Source: Gaiellaceae bacterium (GTDB taxonomy: Bacteria; Actinomycetota; Thermoleophilia; Gaiellales; Gaiellaceae). From it: a DNA stretch of 27,216 bases. The position numbers and the translations under genes were made by a program. The notes under the pieces were generated by a model. The model made no database searches and was not told where the DNA came from. It saw nothing but the letters and a program-made list of their open reading frames with translations. The stretch covers positions 1 through 27,216 of the forward strand of contig JBGPYI010000001.1 of assembly GCA_041493175.1 (NCBI GenBank), given 5' to 3'. Shown here piece after piece: positions 17,082-24,953 of this stretch (position 1 is its first letter; every line of letters starts with the position of its first letter).

Positions 17082-18423
17082 GAGCCGGCTCCGGTCCGAG
17101 GACGACCGTCCGATCGGCAACGGCACGTGCGAACTCCTCGTCGTGCGTGACCACGAGCGTTGCCCGGCCGGCTGCGTCACGACGGAGGAGTGCGGCCAGC
17201 GCCTCCTTCCGGACCGGGTCGACGCCGCGGGTCGGCTCGTCCAGCACGAGCAGATCCGGCTCGACAGCGAGGACGGATGCGAGCGCAAGCCGCTCCCGTT
17301 CCCCGGTCGAAAGATCGCGCGGATGCCGCGCCTCCAGTCCGGCGAGGCCAACCGCCGCGAGCCACGAGCCGGCACGTGTGCGGTCGCCGCCCACTCCGAG
17401 CGCAACTTCCTCGTCTGCGCGCTCGCGCACGCAGTAGCGGCTCGGGTCCTGCAGGAGCATCGCGGCCCGACCATGACGTTCCACCTCGCCTGCCACCACG
17501 TCCAACAGCCCCGCGGCAAGCTTGGCGACGGTGGTCTTTCCGGATCCGTTGCGACCCGCAAGCGCAACGATCTCGCCGCGCCGCAGCTCCAGGTCGAGGC
17601 CTTCGACGACCGGCACACCCGGGCGATACGCAAAGCGAACGCCGTGCAGGCGGCATAAGCACTCGCCACCGTCCAACTCATCCTCCTCGCCGTCCGACTC
17701 GGAAAAGCCGAGCCAGCTCGGTCGGTCGGCGAGCCAGCGTTCTGCCGCGGCCGCTGGAGCATCGAGAAGCAGTCGCCCCGCTTCAAGGAAGAGGACCCGG
17801 TCGGCGTGCTGGAGCACGCGCCGCGGTCGCTGCTCCGTGATCAACACCGCGACCCCGAGTCCGGCGACGAGGTCTAGGAAGGCCTCGGCCCCTTCAGGGT
17901 CGAGCTGAGACGTCGGCTCGTCGAGAAGCAGCAGCCGCGGGCCGAGCGCCAGAGCCGAGGCGAGGCACACGCGCTGGAGCTCGCCGCCGGAGAGCTCGGC
18001 CACTGCCCTGGAGGCGAGGTGCTCTACACCGACCGCCGCCAGAGCCCCGTGCACGCAGCCGAGGATCTGCCCGGGCGCAGTGCCAAGATTCTCGAGCCCG
18101 AAGGCGACCTCCCGCGCCACCGCCGTGAGAACGACCTGCTGCTCTGGATCCTGGAAGACCGTGGCAACCGTGCCCGCGAGCTCCGCGGGAGCCACGGTTC
18201 GCGTGTCGAGTCCCGCGACATGGACCCGACCTGAAAAGCGGCCACCGTGAAAGTGCGGGACGAGTCCCGCAAACGCCCGCAGCAGCGTCGACTTTCCAGA
18301 GCCGGATGCGCCGAACACGGCGACGAGCTCGCCCTCGCCGATCTCAACGCACACGTCGTCGAGCGCGGGATAGACGGAGCCCGGATACGCGAAAGTCAGG
18401 TGCTCGGCGCGCGCTAGAGCCAC
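17074..18423 (-). CDS. ECF ATPase with two fused NBDs (EcfA/A')
   Basis: GASGSGKS / LSGGE / LLLDEPTSQLD and GRNGSGKT / LSTGE / LVLDEPTRGVD / VTHD. Confidence 0.9.
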   Translation of the reverse strand: MALARAEHLTFAYPGSVYPALDDVCVEIGEGELVAVFGASGSGKSTLLRAFAGLVPHFHGGRFSGRVHVAGLDTRTVAPAELAGTVATVFQDPEQQVVLTAVAREVAFGLENLGTAPGQILGCVHGALAAVGVEHLASRAVAELSGGELQRVCLASALALGPRLLLLDEPTSQLDPEGAEAFLDLVAGLGVAVLITEQRPRRVLQHADRVLFLEAGRLLLDAPAAAAERWLADRPSWLGFSESDGEEDELDGGECLCRLHGVRFAYRPGVPVVEGLDLELRRGEIVALAGRNGSGKTTVAKLAAGLLDVVAGEVERHGRAAMLLQDPSRYCVRERADEEVALGVGGDRTRAGSWLAAVGLAGLEARHPRDLSTGERERLALASVLAVEPDLLVLDEPTRGVDPVRKEALAALLRRDAAGRATLVVTHDEEFARAVADRTVVLGPEPALV

Positions 18424-19100
18424 AGCGCTCCGATCACGAGCGTCCCTGCCGCGGCGAGGACGGCAGCGCTGTCCCGCAGACGCCAGGGCGGTGAAGGAGT
18501 GGTCGTGCGGCCGGACCTCCCGTAACCGCGGGCCTCCATCGCCTCTGCGAGGTTGAGCCCTCGTTCCAGCGAGCTCGCGAGTAGCGGCGACAGCAACGCG
18601 GCGCGTCCGCGCACTCCGGTGACCTCGACTCCACGGCCGCGAAGCGCCTCGACGAAACCCGCCGCGTCGCGTTCCAACGTCGGCATCAGCCGGGTGGCGA
18701 GCGCCGCCGGGCGCGCGAACCGGGCCGCTTGTAGCAGACGATCGTGATCGAGCAGGAGCGCGTACGCAGCGAACGCGAGCCCAACTGCGGCGAGGCGGAG
18801 CGCGTTGAGCGCGGCACTCGCAAGCTCCTCAGTGGTGACGTCGAGCTGGCCGAGCACGGGAACGATCGGGCCGGTCCAGAGCGGATGTGAGCCGATCGTC
18901 TCGATCAGCGGCGTCAGCACGAAGAGCCCGAGCCCGGAAATGCCCGTGCCGACGAGGTACAACCTGCGCCGTCCGCGGGGGGCACGCAGACAGACGAGGA
19001 AGAGCGTGCCTGCGATCAAGCCCGCCCCCCAGGCGTGCGTTGCGAGCAGTGCCCCGGCCGCGAGCGAGGCGAGCAGGGCCAGTGCGGCGGCCGGCTTCAT
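18414..19100 (-). CDS. ecfT: ECF transmembrane coupling component T
   Basis: Hydrophobic N-terminal half; coupling helices EALRGRG and LAEAMEARGYG. Confidence 0.87.
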   Translation of the reverse strand: MKPAAALALLASLAAGALLATHAWGAGLIAGTLFLVCLRAPRGRRRLYLVGTGISGLGLFVLTPLIETIGSHPLWTGPIVPVLGQLDVTTEELASAALNALRLAAVGLAFAAYALLLDHDRLLQAARFARPAALATRLMPTLERDAAGFVEALRGRGVEVTGVRGRAALLSPLLASSLERGLNLAEAMEARGYGRSGRTTTPSPPWRLRDSAAVLAAAGTLVIGALWL

Positions 19101-19795
19101 CGGTTCACCTGGTAGTGCAACCGGCCGAAAGGCGGATTCCTGAGGAGCAATGCCGGGTCACCTCGGAAGCGCAACGAGACAGGATCTCCGGGTCCCGTGC
19201 CGTGCCTCAATTCGGCGGAGAAGAGCGGCGTCGCGCCGGCCGTGCCTGGGACGAGAACGAGGAGGTTCATCCGCGATGCGTCCGGCAAGGTCGGGCTGGC
19301 CCGGCCACCGAGGAGCTTCGCGAGGCGCTCCGCGACGCTCCGCTGGTGAGGGCTGAGATAGACGACGCGTGCCGGCAGTCTCCGGCCTGCGTACCCGTGC
19401 AAGAACGGCTCGGGAAACGCGCCGACAACCACCGGCTCGCGCATGTGCGTCTGCCACGACCGAAAGTCCCACCATTCGACGTCGCCCGGTCTCAGGCGGT
19501 ATTCGGCGGCGCTGCGATCGCCCTCGTAGCCGTTGATGAAGTAGAACCAGTCGCGTCGCGACGACAGGGAACCCACGACGCCGTCGATCGCCTGCACGTA
19601 GCGCCCTCCGTAGCGCGTGTCGATGTCGGCGGCGCGGTCGAGCGCTTGCATCGCGGTCAGGCCAGACGGCACCTCCTTCTGCAGAATCACGTGCAGGCCC
19701 TCGTCACGCGTGATCCAGAGCGTCGCCTTGCCGCCGTCCTCGCCACCGCAGCCCGCGAGGACTGCGACGGCGAGGACGAGGACAAGCCGTCTCAC
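19097..19795 (-). CDS. DUF4430 (transcobalamin beta-domain-like) lipoprotein
   Basis: Lipobox LAG-C after MRRLVLVLAVAV; GRYVQAIDG...WFYFING...RPGDVEWW; GTGA overlap with the upstream stop. Confidence 0.8.
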   Translation of the reverse strand: MRRLVLVLAVAVLAGCGGEDGGKATLWITRDEGLHVILQKEVPSGLTAMQALDRAADIDTRYGGRYVQAIDGVVGSLSSRRDWFYFINGYEGDRSAAEYRLRPGDVEWWDFRSWQTHMREPVVVGAFPEPFLHGYAGRRLPARVVYLSPHQRSVAERLAKLLGGRASPTLPDASRMNLLVLVPGTAGATPLFSAELRHGTGPGDPVSLRFRGDPALLLRNPPFGRLHYQVNR

Positions 19796-20430
19796 GCCAG
19801 CGCGTTCGAGCGCACAGCTCCGCCGAGCATCGCGCGCACGAGCAAGCCTCGATGCACTCCGACGCAGCCGACAGCCGCCTGCGTGGACCCCTGAGTCTTC
19901 ACCGTGCGCTGCCCGACATGAAGGACGGCACCGAGCGCCGGGGTGAGCTTGCCGTTGTCGTCCTGGGACAGGACTCGGTAGCAGGGCGTCTTGCCGACTC
20001 GGGAGAGGACGAGGGTCTTTGGTCCGCCAGCAATGCCGAACTGCGCCCAGTACCACAGCACCGTGTCTCCGTTGGCGAGACGCACTTGATCAGCTCCGAC
20101 GGGAGGCGATGCGCCGTTCACCTTGAAAACCCATCCCGTTTGGCCGACGGCGGCATAACGACCGACCTGGTCCACGTACGGGCCGAAGCCGCTCTGAGTC
20201 ACGTGGTAGTAGAACTCGCCGAGGACGCTTGCCGATTCGAGTGCGTCGAGCGCATTCTCGGGCAGCGCATTTGCCCGAGGGGAAGTGACGTCGATGAGCG
20301 GCGCAGTGGCCCCGAAGATCGTTCGCTCCTTGCCTTCCACTCGGACGTGCACCTTCACGGCGAATGCAGCCGGCACGACGAGCAGCGCAGCGACGAGAGC
20401 CGCCACGACGACGATGAGTCGGTGAGACAC
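19792..20430 (-). CDS. Secreted DUF4430 (transcobalamin beta-domain-like) protein, first gene of the B12 operon
   Basis: Signal peptide ending AFA; GPYVDQVG...GWVFKVNG.SPPVGADQVRLANGDTVLWY; GTG at 20430 behind AAGGAGG. Confidence 0.8.
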   Translation of the reverse strand: MSHRLIVVVAALVAALLVVPAAFAVKVHVRVEGKERTIFGATAPLIDVTSPRANALPENALDALESASVLGEFYYHVTQSGFGPYVDQVGRYAAVGQTGWVFKVNGASPPVGADQVRLANGDTVLWYWAQFGIAGGPKTLVLSRVGKTPCYRVLSQDDNGKLTPALGAVLHVGQRTVKTQGSTQAAVGCVGVHRGLLVRAMLGGAVRSNALA

Positions 20431-20434
20431 GAAT

Positions 20435-20616
20435 CCTCCTTCCGCGAGGGGTTCGACTTCGCCGGCGGCGGAGGTCTTCTGACTCGGGGCTCCCTCCCTC
20501 GCCGCCTTCCCAGCCCGTGGGCCAGTGGCATGTGGCGCGGAAGCGTCTCCCCTTACAGCGGCGGGACCGTTCCGGACTTGCACCGGATTCCCTTGCCGCT
20601 CGCCGGTTGTCGGCCT
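20435..20616 (-). ncRNA. Cobalamin (AdoCbl) riboswitch with translational expression platform
   Basis: Conserved blocks in order: AGGGAATCCGGTG-CAAGTCCGG-AACGGTCCCGCCGCTGTAA ... GCCACTG ... GGGAAGGC ... GAGTCAGAAGACCT; P13-like CCTC-GCGGAAG-GAGG contains the SD. Confidence 0.93.
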
Positions 20617-20617
20617 G

Positions 20618-20627
20618 AGACTAGCAT
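20618..20627. promoter_or_regulatory. Overlapping divergent -10 elements
   Basis: AGACTAGCAT gives TAGTCT (extended TGn) on the minus strand toward the riboswitch and TAGCAT on the plus strand, 9 nt before the vanZ-family ATG. Confidence 0.6.
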
Positions 20628-20636
20628 CGGGCCGCG

Positions 20637-20981
20637 ATGGCACGATCGCGACTCCTGACGGTCTGGCTTCCCGTCGTCGCGTGGGCTGCCGTCATCTTCA
20701 CGTTCTCCTCGATCCCGAGCCTCTCGACCGGGCTCGGGACGTGGGACACGATCCTCCGCAAGGGCGCGCACGTGACGGAGTACGCCACTCTCGGTGGACT
20801 GCTCTACCGGGCGCTGGGCCGGGAGGCGCTCGCGCTCGCGGTGGGCATCGCGTACGCGGCGACCGACGAGCTGCACCAGTACTTCGTCCGCGGCCGCCAC
20901 GCCTCGCCCGTCGACGTCGCGATCGACGCAGTCGGGGTCGCTTTCGGGATGCTGCTCTGGCTCCGGCTGCGCGAGCGATGA
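20637..20981 (+). CDS. VanZ-family membrane protein
   Basis: WLPVVAWAAVIFTFSS, RKGAHVTEY, YAATDELHQYFV.GR...DVAID. Confidence 0.88.
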   Translation: MARSRLLTVWLPVVAWAAVIFTFSSIPSLSTGLGTWDTILRKGAHVTEYATLGGLLYRALGREALALAVGIAYAATDELHQYFVRGRHASPVDVAIDAVGVAFGMLLWLRLRER

Positions 20982-21391
20982 AGGCGGTGGCGATCAGCCT
21001 CTCGGCGCTCGGCGACACCGAGCCGCTCTGGCACGACTGGCTCGAGGACGCGCGCCGCCGCTTCCGGGTCGACGTCAACGCACTAGATCAGGAGTTGCCA
21101 AATTGGCGAGAGCTGCTGGAGCGGTTCGCAGAGGAGCGCGCGCCGGTCTACTTCCGGCGGGACGCCGAGGTCAGCACCACGCTGCGGCAGCTGCGCGCAA
21201 GCGGCACGCGCATCGGCGTCTTCACAGATGCCCCCGCAGAGCTCGCGCGCGTCGCCCTATCCCATCTGGGCGCGGAGCGCCATGTCGAGGTCCTGGAGAG
21301 CGGCGCAGGTGCGCTGCAGCGCGTCTCGGAGGCCCTGGGCGACGGCGCAAGGGTCATCGGCACCCGCGAGGAGCTGCTCGCCGTAACATGA
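20978..21391 (+). CDS. HAD-fold-like protein lacking the catalytic DxD motif
   Basis: ATGA overlap with vanZ; MKAVAISLSALGDTEPLW aligns to HAD motif I, and LRQLRASGTRIGVFTDA to motif II. Confidence 0.6.
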   Translation: MKAVAISLSALGDTEPLWHDWLEDARRRFRVDVNALDQELPNWRELLERFAEERAPVYFRRDAEVSTTLRQLRASGTRIGVFTDAPAELARVALSHLGAERHVEVLESGAGALQRVSEALGDGARVIGTREELLAVT

Positions 21392-21618
21392 CCCGGATGG
21401 AGCGGCATGACGTCGGCGACCGGCAGCTCGATGCTCTCCTCGAGCGACTGGACCGCCTCTGCGACGAGGTGCACACGCTCAACAAGCGGCTCGACTCCAA
21501 CGATCAGCTGCTTCGTATCTCACGTGAGCTGTCGACGCTCAACGAGTCTCTGCAAACACTCGCCTACGCGGCGCTCGGACAACAGGCGCCGACGGTTCGG
21601 CGGCGTAGAACCGGCTAG
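21388..21618 (+). CDS. Small coiled-coil hypothetical protein (76 aa)
   Basis: ATGA overlap; heptad pattern LDALLERLDRLCDEVHTLNKRLD...LSTLNESLQTL. Confidence 0.65.
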   Translation: MTRMERHDVGDRQLDALLERLDRLCDEVHTLNKRLDSNDQLLRISRELSTLNESLQTLAYAALGQQAPTVRRRRTG

Positions 21619-22553
21619 TCCATCACAGCCGCACAGATCGCTGCGACGTGCCGGTGGTTCGTGCCGCAGCACCCTCCCACGACGCTGAGGTTCGGCAATC
21701 GTGTCTGCAACTCGCGGTAGTGGCGGGCGAGCGCCGCTGGATCTCCCGCGTCCAGCTCATCGGCCTCGTCGAGCTCAGCATGGCTCTTCTCCGAAGCGTT
21801 GGCGCGCAGACCCCGGATGCGACCACGCCAGCCGCCGTCCTCTTCGAGCACGTGGGCAAAGTGCGTGGGATGAGCGCAGTTGATCATGAAATAGGCGATC
21901 GAGCCCTGGGTCTGAGCATCGACTTCCTCGATCGCTTCTCTGAGAGATTGCCCACTCGGCAAGCGTCCGTCGGTCTCGACCGTGAACGAAATCACGCTTG
22001 GGATCCCCGCGCCCCGAGCCGCCCGAGCCACGCCGACTGCCTCGTCCGCATAGGTCAACGTCAGCGCACTGACAAGATCCGCCGCAGTGTCCGCGAAGGT
22101 CGCGACCTGGGGTTCGTGGTAGCGCTGCGCTTCTTCGGCCGTCATCTCGTTGTCGATGCGGTAGCCGTCACCGCGCGGTCCGATGCAGCCGCTGATGATC
22201 ACCTGCGGCACACCGTTACCCGCTGTCGACCGAAGCTCCTCCAGGAGGGCGACTCCACGGCGATCGATGTCGGCGAGGGCCTCGGTCGAATACCCGAGAC
22301 GATCACCCCAGTCGGGGTTTGCGCGCCAGGTCGGCGTGTCGAGCACGATCCCGACTCTGTGCTGCGCTGCGATCTCGAGGTAGGCGGTGTAGTACGTCCG
22401 CAGCGCCTCAAGGCCGCTTGCATCGTCCAGAAGCACGAAGGAGGCAAAATGCGGGAGGTCTATCCCGGCTTCGAAGATCAGCGTCGTCTCCATCCCGCCG
22501 TCGGTGATGAAGGTTCCTCCGGCGAGCTGAGGAAGTTGAGCTCGGTCGGCCAT
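21615..22553 (-). CDS. Homocysteine S-methyltransferase family protein (Zn-dependent)
   Basis: ITDGGMETTL, SGCIGPRGDGY, INCAHPTH, GGCCGT Zn ligands; TAGGAT-N8-ATG start. Confidence 0.9.
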   Translation of the reverse strand: MADRAQLPQLAGGTFITDGGMETTLIFEAGIDLPHFASFVLLDDASGLEALRTYYTAYLEIAAQHRVGIVLDTPTWRANPDWGDRLGYSTEALADIDRRGVALLEELRSTAGNGVPQVIISGCIGPRGDGYRIDNEMTAEEAQRYHEPQVATFADTAADLVSALTLTYADEAVGVARAARGAGIPSVISFTVETDGRLPSGQSLREAIEEVDAQTQGSIAYFMINCAHPTHFAHVLEEDGGWRGRIRGLRANASEKSHAELDEADELDAGDPAALARHYRELQTRLPNLSVVGGCCGTNHRHVAAICAAVMD

Positions 22554-22564
22554 CCTGGCCGATC

Positions 22565-23632
22565 CTATGCCGCGAGCTTGAAGATGCGTCCGTTTTCCGT
22601 GGCGAGGTACAGCTCCCCCGCGGAGTCCTGGCCGAACGTCGTCAGTGACGCGACGCGGAACGGCTCGCGGCGCACGTCGGCGGCGCGGCCGTCCTGCACG
22701 CGCAGGCTCCACACGTTCCCGGAGCAGTAATCGCCGAAGAAATAGCGCCCGGTTGCAGCGGCTACGGCGCGGCCGTGATAGACGTAGCCGCCGGTCACGG
22801 AGCAGTTCCCTCCGTCGTGGCCGTAGACGTGGACCGGGCTCACGAGCTGACCGCCGCCAAGCTCCGTGTTCGAATAGCGCGCACGTCCCTCGAACACCTT
22901 CCAGCCGTAGTTGGCGAGGGTCGAGATCGACGCGCGCGGACGGTAATCGATCTCTTCCCAGTTGCCCTGGCCGACGTCGCCGATGTAGAGGTCGCCGTTC
23001 GTGTCGAACGAGAAGCGCCAGGGATTGCGCAGGCCGAGCCCGACCATCTGCCACGCCGAGCCGGGCCGAATCGGGTCGATGCGCAGCAGCTTGCCGAGCA
23101 GGACGTTCGGATTCTGCGCGCGGTTGCCAGGGTCTCCCGCCGAGCCGCCGTCTCCCATGCCGACGTACAGGATGCTGTTGGAGTCGAACTGGAGCTGACC
23201 GCCGTTGTGGTTCGCGTAGGGCTGACGCACGAAGAGCAGCTGTCGCGCGCTCGACTTCACCGCGCGGCCGTTTCGCGAGCGGAACTCGACCACACGCGTG
23301 TTGCCCTGACGATCCGTGTAGTTGACATAGAAGCGGTGGTTGCCGCCGTAGGAAGGATGGAACGCCACCGACAGCAGACCCTGCTCACCGCCACTGGCGA
23401 CCCGGTCGCGAATGTCGAGGAACGTACCGCCCAGCTTCCCGTTGACGAAGTAGCGGATCCTGCCGACCTGCTCGACCACATACAGGCGGCGGGGCTCCGC
23501 CTTGTTCGAGGCGATCGCAGTCACCGCCGAAAGTCCGCGTGCGAACGGGTGGAGCGACAGCTCATGCTGGGCCTGTGTCGCGGGCGAGATCAGGGCCAGG
23601 GCTGCGAGGACGTATGCGAGCACGCGCTCCAA
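22565..23632 (-). CDS. Secreted PQQ-dependent sugar dehydrogenase (GSDH beta-propeller)
   Basis: EQGLLSVAFHP, NHNGGQLQF, LYVGMGDGG, GLRNPWRFSFD, GDVGQGNWEEID, NYGW; signal peptide. The start may be the GTG at 23623. Confidence 0.9.
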   Translation of the reverse strand: MERVLAYVLAALALISPATQAQHELSLHPFARGLSAVTAIASNKAEPRRLYVVEQVGRIRYFVNGKLGGTFLDIRDRVASGGEQGLLSVAFHPSYGGNHRFYVNYTDRQGNTRVVEFRSRNGRAVKSSARQLLFVRQPYANHNGGQLQFDSNSILYVGMGDGGSAGDPGNRAQNPNVLLGKLLRIDPIRPGSAWQMVGLGLRNPWRFSFDTNGDLYIGDVGQGNWEEIDYRPRASISTLANYGWKVFEGRARYSNTELGGGQLVSPVHVYGHDGGNCSVTGGYVYHGRAVAAATGRYFFGDYCSGNVWSLRVQDGRAADVRREPFRVASLTTFGQDSAGELYLATENGRIFKLAA

Positions 23633-23680
23633 AGTACCCGCGGACAGGTACCTCGGATCGGTTCTTGGCGGAGGCCTTAC

Positions 23681-24343
23681 CTAGTTCTTAAGCAGGACCT
23701 GGCGGAGCTCGTCTTCCTTGCCCGGCTGCAGGATGGCGAGCACCTGATCGCCCGGTCTGAGCTCGGTGGAGCCGACGGCGATCTCCGCCTTGCCGTCGCG
23801 CATCACCGAAATGAGGCGCGCGCCTTCGGGCAACCGCAGCTTCTCGACCGTCGTGCCCGCGCACGGAGACGACTTGTCGATCTGCACCTCGACGATCTCC
23901 AGGTTCTCCTTGCGCAACTCGAGCAGGTGGACGAGATCGTGCTCCGGAACCTCGTGCTCCACGAGGCCGAGGATGCTGGAGGTCGCGCACACGGTGGGCG
24001 AGATGCCGAGTAGGTCGAAGTGCGGCTGGTTGCGCGGATCGTTGACGCGCGCGATCACCTTCGGCACGCCGTACTTCTCCTTGGCGATCTGCGTGATCAC
24101 CATGTTGTCCTCGTCGTCGCCGGTCAAGGCGAGCACCAGATCGGGCGGCCGCTTGACTCCGGCCTTCTCGAGGACGAAGAGCTCGGTCGCGTCTCCCTGC
24201 ATCGCCTGGTGCTCGAACTCGGACTCGAGCCGCTCGAAGCGGTTGCGATCCTGCTCGATGATCGTCGCCTCGTGACCGTTGCGCAGAAGCGTGCGCATGA
24301 CGTTGGCGCCCGCCTTGCCGCCGCCTGCAATCAGGACGTACAC
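23681..24343 (-). CDS. trkA: TrkA-family K+ transport regulator (RCK_N + RCK_C)
   Basis: MYVLIAGGGKAG, GDATE, ALTGDDEDN, VIARVNDP; C-terminal TrkA-C domain; GTG 2 nt after the upstream stop. Confidence 0.9.
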   Translation of the reverse strand: MYVLIAGGGKAGANVMRTLLRNGHEATIIEQDRNRFERLESEFEHQAMQGDATELFVLEKAGVKRPPDLVLALTGDDEDNMVITQIAKEKYGVPKVIARVNDPRNQPHFDLLGISPTVCATSSILGLVEHEVPEHDLVHLLELRKENLEIVEVQIDKSSPCAGTTVEKLRLPEGARLISVMRDGKAEIAVGSTELRPGDQVLAILQPGKEDELRQVLLKN

Positions 24344-24345
24344 GG

Positions 24346-24780
24346 TTAGACCCGAGCCTCTTCGCGCGGCTGCGGAATGTCGCAGGAGCGCACGGCGTCG
24401 GTGAGCGCGTCGATGGCGGCGGAGGTCGGGCAGATCGTGCGCAGGCCACGCTCGCGGTAGAAGTCCGCGCGCGCGGGATCCAGGATCCGGACGACTGTGC
24501 ACTCGATCCCGAAGCGCTTCTGTGCGACCTGGCCGATCACGAGATTCGTGTTGTCGCCGTCCGTCGAGACGACGACGGCGTCGGCTTCCTCGATGCCGGC
24601 CTCCCGCAGGACGACGCTGTCCATGCCGTGGCCCTGGACGAACCCGCCGGTCCAGTTTTCTCCCAGGCGGCTGAGGGCTGACTCGTTCTCGTCGACCGCG
24701 GTCACGTTCCACCCCTCTGAGGCGAACCGCTTCGCGATCGTCGAGCCCACCCGGCCGCAGCCGATGACGATGAGCTTCAC
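24346..24780 (-). CDS. trkA: TrkA-family RCK_N-only protein
   Basis: MKLIVIGCGRVG, STDGDNTN, VVRILDP; 144 aa, no RCK_C; TACGCT-N6-GTG start. Confidence 0.88.
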   Translation of the reverse strand: MKLIVIGCGRVGSTIAKRFASEGWNVTAVDENESALSRLGENWTGGFVQGHGMDSVVLREAGIEEADAVVVSTDGDNTNLVIGQVAQKRFGIECTVVRILDPARADFYRERGLRTICPTSAAIDALTDAVRSCDIPQPREEARV

Positions 24781-24819
24781 GGACTCAGCGTAGCTCGGCG
24801 GTCAACCTTGAGGCTGGCC

Positions 24820-24953
24820 GCCGTCCCCTTCGAGAGCTCCTTGTCGACGGCGTCGCTTGCGATGCCGTTTAGAGGCCGCGCGGGCTTTGCCCGTGCGGCC
24901 GTTCAACGCGCGCCCTCTGAGCCCGGCGCACCGTCCCCTTCCAGAGCTCCCTG
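24820..24953 (-). repeat. 24-bp imperfect direct repeat (24930-24953 and 24820-24843) flanking two hairpins
   Basis: CAGGGAGCTCTGGAAGGGGACGGT vs CAAGGAGCTCTCGAAGGGGACGGC, 21/24 identical; hairpins at 24847-24868 and 24874-24900 lie between the copies. Confidence 0.7.

Noticed and set aside
20637-20981. Glycopeptide resistance cluster
   Set aside because: VanZ-family genes are widespread alone; no vanHAX or vanRS is present.
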